From: an uncultured Lachnospiraceae bacterium | GTDB taxonomy: Bacteria > Bacillota > Clostridia > Lachnospirales > Lachnospiraceae | Assembly (NCBI GenBank): GCA_944377405.1 | Contig: CALWES010000005.1 | Location: forward strand, 78,901-142,900 | Direction: 5' to 3' | DNA: 64,000 nt | Part shown: positions 43,807-51,845 of the stretch, piece after piece | Numbering within the stretch: the first letter of the stretch is position 1 | Layout: every line of letters begins with the position of its first letter | The notes under the pieces: model-generated | What the model was told of the DNA's origin: nothing | Seen by the model: only the letters and a program-made list of their open reading frames with translations | Database searches by the model: none | Program-made: the position numbers and the translations under genes

Positions 43807-45138
43807 TTACTGGCTAAGCAGTGCAGTGTAGGATGCTGCGTTATCGGTCTTAACCATGTTGATTGCGAAAGCATCGTACTGGCTCGGGTTGCCCAGACGG
43901 TTGGTGATGTTGGACTCGGTCTGTCCGTCACCGCCGATGTACTCAACCTCAAGGTTAAGCAGATCGTCGTAGTTCTGAAGCAGCGGCTGATAGGTTGAGC
44001 TCAGGAAGTTATCAGCTGCATTGTAGATGTCGAGCCATACCTTCTTGGTGGGATGCTCAGCTGCATCAAGCTGATTGGATACCGGCTCGTAAACCTTGGT
44101 GGAGTCGGTGAACTCCTGATAGTTATCAGCGGTAACTGCAACGTTCAGAGCGTAGTAGGAACGCTCGTCAGCATTGTACTCGTATACGTCGGAAGAAAGT
44201 ACGTTGCCTGCCTCATCAGCAGTACCGATACCTGTATCAACGTCTACGCCGTCAAGTGCATTACGCAGAACACGAAGAGTCAAGTAAGCCTGAACGTCAG
44301 CGTGCTGGCTGATGGTTCCGCCGTAGCCCTCTGCGATTGCAGCAACTGCGTCAGCGTTTGCGTCATAACCGAAGGTGGGAACCTTGTTATCCTTGGACCA
44401 TGCGTTGAACATGGACATTCCCATACCGTCGTTGTTGGAAGCGATAACATCGATCTGATCGCCGAAGGAAGCGGACCAGGTGTTGATGGCGTTACCAGCG
44501 GTTGCTGCATCCCATGTAGCACCTGCGGAGTTCTTCATCTCCTGAGAAGCAAGCTCACGGATGGTGTAGGTCTTGCCGTTTACTTCGATGGTTCCGTCCT
44601 GAACAGCGGTTGCAGAACCGTCAGTGTTGGTTCCGATGGGATCACTGTTAACGTTTCCGTTGTTGTCAACAGCGGTTCCGAGAGCGGAACGAACGCCTCT
44701 GGTACGAGCGATGGAGTCGTTGTGTCCGATATCACCGATTGCCAGAACGTATCCGATGATTCCGTCGCCGTTACGGTCGATGGTGTCGATGTTGGCCTCG
44801 ATGTAGTCTCTGATCATCTGACCCTGGAGCTCAGCACCCTGGTTAGCGTTGAATCCTACATAGTAGGTGTCCTCGTTGAAGGAAAGAGCAGCCATGTCAA
44901 GCTCACCGGTGGAGCTGTTGGAGGGCTGACGGTTGAACCATACGAGGGGCTTATCCTTGTTGGCAACCTCTTCAGCGGGAGCGGCTTCAGCTTCCTCAGC
45001 AGGAGCAGCCTCTTCAGCGCCGGCAGCCTCAGTGGCAGCTTCGGTAGCAGCAGAAGTCTCACCTGAATTGGATGAGCAGCCTGCAAGGCTTACAGCCATA
45101 AGAGAAGCTGCAGCCAGTGCAAAAATTTTCTTCTTCAT
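43807..45138 (-). CDS. mglB: MglB/GGBP-like galactose/glucose-binding lipoprotein with apparently circularly permuted domain order
   Basis: Lipobox LAGC after ATG 45138 (AAGGAGG RBS), then an Ala/Glu/Pro linker. GGBP motifs are present, including the Ca-loop DRNGDGIIG and ASNNDGMGM, but the GGBP N-terminal ~100 residues are found at the C-terminus. Confidence 0.85.
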   Translation of the reverse strand: MKKKIFALAAASLMAVSLAGCSSNSGETSAATEAATEAAGAEEAAPAEEAEAAPAEEVANKDKPLVWFNRQPSNSSTGELDMAALSFNEDTYYVGFNANQGAELQGQMIRDYIEANIDTIDRNGDGIIGYVLAIGDIGHNDSIARTRGVRSALGTAVDNNGNVNSDPIGTNTDGSATAVQDGTIEVNGKTYTIRELASQEMKNSAGATWDAATAGNAINTWSASFGDQIDVIASNNDGMGMSMFNAWSKDNKVPTFGYDANADAVAAIAEGYGGTISQHADVQAYLTLRVLRNALDGVDVDTGIGTADEAGNVLSSDVYEYNADERSYYALNVAVTADNYQEFTDSTKVYEPVSNQLDAAEHPTKKVWLDIYNAADNFLSSTYQPLLQNYDDLLNLEVEYIGGDGQTESNITNRLGNPSQYDAFAINMVKTDNAASYTALLSQ

Positions 45139-45310
45139 AATTACATCATCCTCCTTTGTTTTAAGAACAAAACGGTGTGCATTCAGCATCACCTTCTGAC
45201 GCAATTATAGTATATTTTTTATAAAATGTATATATGATATTCCACGTTGCTTGTTAAAAATTCAATACTGTGTGTAAAAATCTACGATAGCTTTGTGCAC
45301 ATTGTGTAAA

Positions 45311-45342
45311 GAAGGTGCCGCATCCATGGATACGGCACCCTC
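45311..45342 (-). terminator. Terminator after the ferritin gene
   Basis: On the minus strand, GAGGGTGCCG...CGGCACCTTC hairpin followed by TTT. Confidence 0.55.
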
Positions 45343-45400
45343 ATAAAGAACTGTCCTGTGGGGTTCTCGGATCCTGCCGGAGTCCGGCCGAACGGCCCTT

Positions 45401-45913
45401 TTAAAGCACCAGAGAAGGCGCGCTGTAGACCCTTCCCTGCATCTCCTGGTCCAGCATGTAAAGTCCCTTGGGATCGGAACCGAAGAGCTGGGTACGCTGG
45501 ATGTTGGTACGGGCGTTGTCCTCCTCTTCGCCCTGCTCCTTGATGAACCAGTCCAGGAACTGCATGCAGCGGAAATCCCTTGCAGCCTGGGCCTCGGCAT
45601 AGATGTCGTGGATCAGGGAAGTAACATACTGCTCATGGGCCAGTGCCTCCTTCAGGGGATCCAGGATCTCATGAAGCTCCTTGCCTGGCTCCGGGATGGC
45701 CCTGAGGGTGACCTTCATGTCGTTCTGCTGCATGTACTGCATGAAAAGAAGGGCGTGATCCCGCTCCTCCTGGGCCTGGATACGGAACCAGTTGGCATAG
45801 CCCTTAAGGCCCTTTTCCTCATAAAAATTCGCAAAATCCAGATACAGATATGCGCTGTAAAACTCCTTATTGACCTGCTGATCCAAAAGCTCAGCAACAC
45901 GATTCTCAGCCAT
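45401..45913 (-). CDS. ftn: Non-haem bacterial ferritin
   Basis: LNKQVNKEFYSAYLYL....F...GL.G.ANWF..QAQEERDHA pattern with ferroxidase-centre Glu/His residues. 170 aa. Confidence 0.9.
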   Translation of the reverse strand: MAENRVAELLDQQVNKEFYSAYLYLDFANFYEEKGLKGYANWFRIQAQEERDHALLFMQYMQQNDMKVTLRAIPEPGKELHEILDPLKEALAHEQYVTSLIHDIYAEAQAARDFRCMQFLDWFIKEQGEEEDNARTNIQRTQLFGSDPKGLYMLDQEMQGRVYSAPSLVL

Positions 45914-46012
45914 GGTAATGCCTCCGTTTTTGAATGAAAGATGGATTTATTAAGTTACGTATTATATAATAGCAAAATAAATCGGAAAAGGGAAACGGAA
46001 AAAACAGGGTTT

Positions 46013-48052
46013 ATGAAAATAAAGGAACTGAAAGAAAACAAATGCATGCAGGCCGCCCTGGCGGTGCTTTTTTCGGTGCTGCTCTGCCTTCTGGCCTTCC
46101 TTCTGGATAACCGGGGGATCCTGGGCCTTCCCGGGGAGGAACGGGGGATCCGGCAGGTGTCCGGCCAGGTGACGGAGGAGGGGACCCGCATCGATCTTTC
46201 CGGAGGATATGTGGACCGGCTGTCCTTTGCCATCTCCGGTGAGATCCGGGTAAAGCCCTCGGCGGAGGAAGACTGGATCGCCTTCCCCGTGGGCAGCAGG
46301 ACCCTGGATCTTGAGGAGCGGATCTGCCCTGTTTCAGGTCCCGGGGAGGAGGCTGCAGGGGAAGAGGCCTGCTATGTGGTATATGATAAGAATCCCGCGG
46401 CCCTGACCCGGCAGTACCTGTCCCTTGGGGAGCGGGTGGAGTCGGTGACGGTCCGGGCAGTGGAGCCCGGAGACTTTGACGACAGCGCAGGTCCGGCTCC
46501 GGCTCAGGAGGAAGGAAGCGGGGAATGGCCTGCCTATGACCTTTCCGGGGTCTCCTTCTCGGACTTTCAGGTGATCAACAAGCTTCACTTCAATCCCTAT
46601 CTCTGTCTTTTCGTGCTGGCGGTGAGCCTCTGCTTTTCCGGGATCCTGATCTTCGGCAGGACCCTGATCCAAAAGCCGGAGTACGGAGTCCTTCTGATCC
46701 TTCTTACCATAGGCGTTACCATGGCGGTGTGCCTTCCGAAGAACAAGGTGGGAAATGACGAAGAGACCCATCTGCAGGCGGTGATGGACATGGCCGGGAT
46801 CCCCGGAGAGCTCCATATCTCCGACACGATCCTGAACAGCCTCATGGTAACGGAATACAACGATCCGGACTATCAGCCCGGGACCCGGGAGGAGATGGAG
46901 CTTTTCGACAGCTGGCTCTCCGGTACGGGTGACTACAAGGCCGGGGAGAATACGCCGGACTTCTATACCATGCCGGGCCGCATGCCGGCCTACGCCTTCA
47001 TGGCCCTTTTCGTGAAGCTGGCAAAGGGCCTGTCCCTGTCCTGGCCTGCAGTGTTCCTGGCAGGGCGTCTTGGGAACCTGCTTTTATACACGGCCCTCAT
47101 GTTCCTTGCGGTAAGGCGGACTCCCGTGGGAAAGTACCTGCTGCTTCTGATCGCTCTGTTTCCGGAAAATGTCTTTCTGGCCTGTACCTATTCCTATGAT
47201 CCCTTTATCACGGGCTGCCTGTCCCTGGGAACCGCCGCCTTTTTACGGGAGCTCTTCCGCAGGAAGGGGACAGCCGACTGGAAGAATGTCTGCCTGATGC
47301 TTCTCGCATTCTTTCTGGGCTGCCTTCCCAAGGCGGTCTATGCTCCCCTTCTGCTCATGGCCCTGCTGCTTCCCGCCGCAGGCTTCAGAAGGAAGGGCGG
47401 AAGTCTGCTTTACCGGCTGGCGGTGGCAGGGCTCTTCTGCATGCTTCTCGCCACCTTTATACTGCCCACGGTGCTGGCTCCGGCGGAGACCGGTGATCTG
47501 CGGGGCGGAGCCACCTCGGAGGTCTCCCAGGTGGGCTATATCCTGTCAAACCCCGTTGACTATGCCCTGGTGCTCATAAGCCAGATGATCCGCTGGATCC
47601 CCCAGTGCTTCTTCGGGCCGGACTGCACCACCTTTATGGGACATCTGGTGAGCGGATATACGGAATTCAAGGGCTACTGGCCGGTCTACCTGCTGCTTCT
47701 TGCGGCCGTCGTCCTTCTGGGAGGGGACCGGCCGGAAGAGGGGGAGGAAGCCCCCTTCGCAAGGGCCTTCCGCCTTCCGGAGAGGGTATGGATCCTGCTT
47801 ACGGCGGGTGCCTCCGCAGTGCTGATCTGGACCAGTATGTACGTGGCCTTTACGGAGCCGGGAGCCCGGGAGATCGCCGGGGTCCAGGGCAGGTATTTCA
47901 TCCCCCTGATGTACCCCCTTTATCTCCTGCCGGCTCACAGAGGAAAACTTGTCAGGGTCCCGGATATATGCTATCATTTGATAGTGGGTATCCTTGCGGC
48001 AGCCCTGGCTCTGACGGTGTGGACCACAGTGCTTTCGCGCTTTTGCCTGTAA
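46013..48052 (+). CDS. Large polytopic membrane protein, possibly a GT-C-like or DUF2142-like cell-envelope glycosyltransferase
   Basis: N-terminal TM, ~170-aa extracytoplasmic segment, then 10 or more TM helices. Sits next to rfbC and a wzm-like permease. The start is uncertain (45941, 46013 or 46046). Confidence 0.45.
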   Translation: MKIKELKENKCMQAALAVLFSVLLCLLAFLLDNRGILGLPGEERGIRQVSGQVTEEGTRIDLSGGYVDRLSFAISGEIRVKPSAEEDWIAFPVGSRTLDLEERICPVSGPGEEAAGEEACYVVYDKNPAALTRQYLSLGERVESVTVRAVEPGDFDDSAGPAPAQEEGSGEWPAYDLSGVSFSDFQVINKLHFNPYLCLFVLAVSLCFSGILIFGRTLIQKPEYGVLLILLTIGVTMAVCLPKNKVGNDEETHLQAVMDMAGIPGELHISDTILNSLMVTEYNDPDYQPGTREEMELFDSWLSGTGDYKAGENTPDFYTMPGRMPAYAFMALFVKLAKGLSLSWPAVFLAGRLGNLLLYTALMFLAVRRTPVGKYLLLLIALFPENVFLACTYSYDPFITGCLSLGTAAFLRELFRRKGTADWKNVCLMLLAFFLGCLPKAVYAPLLLMALLLPAAGFRRKGGSLLYRLAVAGLFCMLLATFILPTVLAPAETGDLRGGATSEVSQVGYILSNPVDYALVLISQMIRWIPQCFFGPDCTTFMGHLVSGYTEFKGYWPVYLLLLAAVVLLGGDRPEEGEEAPFARAFRLPERVWILLTAGASAVLIWTSMYVAFTEPGAREIAGVQGRYFIPLMYPLYLLPAHRGKLVRVPDICYHLIVGILAAALALTVWTTVLSRFCL

Positions 48053-48084
48053 GGCATACAACAACATGAAAAGAGGCATGATAC

Positions 48085-48660
48085 ATGGGAAAAATAACGG
48101 TAACACCCTGCGTAAAGGACGGAAAGACCATAGAGGGGCTTTATGTGATCGAGCCTGCGGTCTTCCGGGACGAACGGGGATATTTTATGGAGACTTATAA
48201 TCAGAGGGATTTTGCAGAGGCAGGACTTTCCATGACCTTTGTCCAGGACAATCAGTCCTGTTCCCAGAAGGGGGTCCTGAGGGGCCTTCATTATCAGAAG
48301 CAGTATCCCCAGGGGAAGCTCGTACGTGCGGTACGGGGCAGCGTCTTTGACGTGGCGGTGGATCTCCGGGTCCACAGCGACACCTATGGTATGTGGTACG
48401 GCGTGGAGCTTACGGAGGACAACAAAAAACAGTTCTACATCCCGGAGGGCTTTGCCCACGGCTTCCTGGTTCTGTCGGATGTGGCGGAATTCGCCTATAA
48501 ATGTACGGACTTTTATCATCCCGGAGACGAGGGAGGCCTCATCTACAACGATCCGGACATCGGTGTGGCATGGCCGATCCCGGAGGGAATGGAGCTGATC
48601 ATGTCTGAAAAAGACCGGAAGTGGGGCGGCCTTTCCGAGACCTTCCGCTTTGACAGATAA
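48085..48660 (+). CDS. rfbC: dTDP-4-dehydrorhamnose 3,5-epimerase
   Basis: F.DERGYF.E.....F......F.Q.N.S.S.KGVLRGLHYQ...QGKLVR...G.VFDVAVDLR motif set. Confidence 0.92.
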   Translation: MGKITVTPCVKDGKTIEGLYVIEPAVFRDERGYFMETYNQRDFAEAGLSMTFVQDNQSCSQKGVLRGLHYQKQYPQGKLVRAVRGSVFDVAVDLRVHSDTYGMWYGVELTEDNKKQFYIPEGFAHGFLVLSDVAEFAYKCTDFYHPGDEGGLIYNDPDIGVAWPIPEGMELIMSEKDRKWGGLSETFRFDR

Positions 48661-48669
48661 GGATACGGC

Positions 48670-49494
48670 ATGCATATACTGCGAAATTTATTCAGACAGA
48701 TTTTTGAAAAAAAGAAAATGATCGTGGAGCTTGCAAAGGCGGATTTCAGGAAGCGGTTTGTCGGTTCCTATTTTGGCGTAGTCTGGATGTTCGTCCAGCC
48801 CATCGTCACCATCCTGATCTACTTCTGCATCTTCCAGCTGGGCTTCAAGTCCACGCCCCCGGTGCCGGATACCCCCTACGTGCTCTGGCTCGTGCCGGGC
48901 ATCATCCCCTGGTTCTTTTTTCAGGACTCCCTGACGGGGATCACCAACACCCTGCAGGAATATCACTACCTGGTAAAAAAAGTGGTGTTCCCGGTGGAGC
49001 TTCTGCCGGTGATCAAGGCCATTTCGGCGGTCTTCGTCCACGCCTGCTTCCTGGTGATCATGTTCGTGGTCTTCTTCATAGCCGGCTATGCGCCGAAGGT
49101 CACCTGGATCCAGGTGATCTACTACAGCTTCGGAGCCATGGTGCTGTCCATGGGGATCGGATATCTGACCGCCTCCGTGAACGTGTTTTTCAAGGATATG
49201 GCACAGATCGTCAGCATCGCCCTGCAGTTCGGCATGTGGCTGGCTCCCATCATGTACTGGGAGGGCATGTTCCAGGAGCAGTACCCTCAGTACGCTTCCC
49301 TCATCGGTTTCGTGTTCAAGATCAATCCCTTCTATTATATTGTGGCGGGATACAGGGACAGCCTGCTGACGGGGAACTGGTTCTTTGAGAGACCCATGAA
49401 CACCCTTTATTTTTGGGGTGTGACCCTTCTGATATTCTATATCGGCCTGAAGCTCTTTACGAAGCTGCGTCCCCATTTTTCGGACGTGCTCTAA
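48670..49494 (+). CDS. ABC-2-type polysaccharide/teichoic-acid export permease (Wzm/TagG-like)
   Basis: LAKADFRKRFVGSYFGVVWMFVQP N-terminal signature and six TM helices. No cognate ATPase is adjacent. Confidence 0.8.
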   Translation: MHILRNLFRQIFEKKKMIVELAKADFRKRFVGSYFGVVWMFVQPIVTILIYFCIFQLGFKSTPPVPDTPYVLWLVPGIIPWFFFQDSLTGITNTLQEYHYLVKKVVFPVELLPVIKAISAVFVHACFLVIMFVVFFIAGYAPKVTWIQVIYYSFGAMVLSMGIGYLTASVNVFFKDMAQIVSIALQFGMWLAPIMYWEGMFQEQYPQYASLIGFVFKINPFYYIVAGYRDSLLTGNWFFERPMNTLYFWGVTLLIFYIGLKLFTKLRPHFSDVL

Positions 49495-49521
49495 GAGAGG
49501 GCCTGTAAAAAAGGAAAGCTT

Positions 49522-50280
49522 ATGATCAGATTTTTACTTGTGGCCATCGTTTTACTGGGCTTTCTGGTGCTGGGAAGCCCCCTGCTCCTTTTCGAGTGGA
49601 TCCTTGGGAAGGTGGACCCGGAGCGTAAGGACCGGCAATGCCAGTGCATCGTAAGAGGCATGTTCCGTTTTATCCTGTGGCTTTCGGGCACGAAGCTTGT
49701 GGTGGAAGGCAGGGAGAATATCCCAAAGGACCGGGCGGTGCTCTTTGTGGGCAACCACCGCTCCTATTTTGATATCCTCACCACCTACCTGGTGATGGAG
49801 CGGAAGACGGGCTACATCGCAAAGAAGGAGATGGAGCGTTACCCTCTGCTGAAGAACTGGATGCACAACATCGGTTGTCTCTTTCTGAACAGACAGGACA
49901 TCAAGGAAGGCCTGAAGACGATCCTCCAGGCCATTGCGGATATCAAGGGAGGGACCTCTCTGGTGATCTATCCCGAGGGGACCCGGAACCGGGGCGGCGC
50001 CGGGGCCCCGCTTCTGATGGAATATAAGGAGGGCAGCATGAAGATCGCGGAAAAGGCAAAATGCCCCGTGGTCCCCATGGCGGAGCTGGGTACGGCGGAG
50101 ATCTTCGAGAAGCATATGCCCTTTATCCGGCCGGCCAGGGTGGTGCTCCGCTTCGGAAAGCCCTTTTATATAGCGGAGCTTCCGGAGGAATTCCGGAAAA
50201 AGCCCGCAGCCTATGCAAAGGCACGCATCGAAGAGATGCTCATGGAGATGCAGAAGGAATATCCCGACATCAGAATATAA
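49522..50280 (+). CDS. plsC: 1-acyl-sn-glycerol-3-phosphate acyltransferase
   Basis: NHRSYFDI (HxxxxD) and YPEGTR motifs. N-terminal TM. Confidence 0.88.
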   Translation: MIRFLLVAIVLLGFLVLGSPLLLFEWILGKVDPERKDRQCQCIVRGMFRFILWLSGTKLVVEGRENIPKDRAVLFVGNHRSYFDILTTYLVMERKTGYIAKKEMERYPLLKNWMHNIGCLFLNRQDIKEGLKTILQAIADIKGGTSLVIYPEGTRNRGGAGAPLLMEYKEGSMKIAEKAKCPVVPMAELGTAEIFEKHMPFIRPARVVLRFGKPFYIAELPEEFRKKPAAYAKARIEEMLMEMQKEYPDIRI

Positions 50281-50292
50281 GGAGAAAAGGCT

Positions 50293-51825
50293 ATGGCATA
50301 TGAATTATTCGGCGCGATCCGCATTGGTAGCGTCGAGCAGGAACTTTGTATCTATGAGATCGGCCCCTCAAAGGGTGTCCGCCTGATCGACAGGATCTCC
50401 GTTATGGTGCCCCTGGCCCAGGATACGGTCAGACGGGGCTATATTCCCTATGCCAGGGTGGACGAGATCTGCCGCGTGCTGAATGATTTTCAGAATACCA
50501 TGAAGGCCTACCGGGTGAACGCCTACAAGGCCTACGGGACCATGGCTCTGCGGGACGCCTCCAATATGCCCGTGATCCTGGACCAGATCCGGGTACGGAC
50601 CGGCATCACCATCAACGTGATCTCAAACTCGGAGCAGCGCTTTCTCAACTATAAGGCCCTGGCGGTCCAGGACAGCAGCTTTGACGAGACCATCAAGACC
50701 GGGACCGTCATCGTGGACTCCGGCTACGGCTCCGTCCAGTTCTCCATCTTCGACAAGGAGGCTCTGGTATCCACGGAGAATATCCCCCTGGGAGCCGTCA
50801 GGCTCCTCAATATGTTCCGGGACATGCGCTTTACGGAGGAGCAGATGAAGGAGCATATCCGGGAGGTGGCGGATGTGGAGCTGGAGAATTACCGGAAGCT
50901 CTACCTGAAGAACCGGGAGGTGGAGACCCTGGTGGGGATCGGAGAGAATATCCCCCGGGAGCTTCACGGGGAAAACGGCATCAACATCTTCGGAAGGCCC
51001 ATGGCCGCAGAGGAGGTGCTGGCAGCCTGCCGGAAGCTGCGGAAGGGAGGTCTTTCCGCCCTGGAGGAGCTGGTGTCCGGAAGCCGGGAATACACCCAGC
51101 TTCTCTTTGTGACCCTGCTGGTCTATGAGCGCCTCATCGAACAGCTGGGCTGCAGATATGTTTATTTTCCGGGCACGCGTTTCTGTGACGGCGTGGCAAC
51201 GGAGTACGGAGAGAAACAGAAGCTTGTAAAGCTCAGACATAACTTTGAAAACGATATCGTGGCGGAGGTGCGGAATATGGCGAAGCGCTACCGCTGCAAC
51301 ACGGACCATGCCGCCGTGGTGGAAAAATACGCCTTAAGCATCTTCGACGGGACAAAGAAGATCAGCGGCCTGAACAAAAGGGACCGGCTGCTGCTTCAGA
51401 TCGCGGCCATCCTTCACACCTGCGGCAAGTTCATCAGCATCAAGAACAGCGCGGACTGCAGCTATCACGTGATCATGGCCACGGAGCTCATCGGGATCTC
51501 CCACGCGGAGCGGAAGCTGATCGCAGGGGCCATCCGGAGCCATAACCAGGGCTTTGACTATGAGGAAGCGGAAAAAAGCGGAAGCCCGGTACGGATGGCA
51601 AAGCTGACAGCCCTTCTGAGGCTGGCCAATTCCCTTGACCGGAGCCATCGGGGAAGGCTCCAGGACATCCGGGTGAAGGTCAATGAGGCCACAGGGGAGC
51701 TTGTGATCTCCACGGACTACGAAGGAGATCTGACCCTGGAGCGGCTCTCCCTGGACGATCGGGGAGATTTCTTTGAGGATATTTTTGGATTGAAGCCTGT
51801 ACTGAGACAGAAGAGGAAGCTGTAG
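50293..51825 (+). CDS. ppx: Ppx/GppA-family exopolyphosphatase with C-terminal HD domain
   Basis: ASKHA-fold N-terminal half (VIVDSGYGSVQFS) and an HD-like region (LHTCGKFIS...SYHVI). Lies upstream of ppk1. Confidence 0.8.
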   Translation: MAYELFGAIRIGSVEQELCIYEIGPSKGVRLIDRISVMVPLAQDTVRRGYIPYARVDEICRVLNDFQNTMKAYRVNAYKAYGTMALRDASNMPVILDQIRVRTGITINVISNSEQRFLNYKALAVQDSSFDETIKTGTVIVDSGYGSVQFSIFDKEALVSTENIPLGAVRLLNMFRDMRFTEEQMKEHIREVADVELENYRKLYLKNREVETLVGIGENIPRELHGENGINIFGRPMAAEEVLAACRKLRKGGLSALEELVSGSREYTQLLFVTLLVYERLIEQLGCRYVYFPGTRFCDGVATEYGEKQKLVKLRHNFENDIVAEVRNMAKRYRCNTDHAAVVEKYALSIFDGTKKISGLNKRDRLLLQIAAILHTCGKFISIKNSADCSYHVIMATELIGISHAERKLIAGAIRSHNQGFDYEEAEKSGSPVRMAKLTALLRLANSLDRSHRGRLQDIRVKVNEATGELVISTDYEGDLTLERLSLDDRGDFFEDIFGLKPVLRQKRKL

Positions 51826-51845
51826 GAAAAGGAGGAGAGGAGAAC

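Noticed and set aside
44053-45066. 337-aa + strand ORF
   Set aside because: It lies antisense to the mglB-like gene. The translation is a Ser/Gly/Val-rich shadow.
40514-45204. Different codon style (more A/T-ending and highly-expressed-type codons) in the mgl operon as a sign of horizontal transfer
   Set aside because: The same style is seen in the ribosomal-protein genes, so it is more consistent with expression-linked codon bias. No flanking repeats or mobility genes are present.
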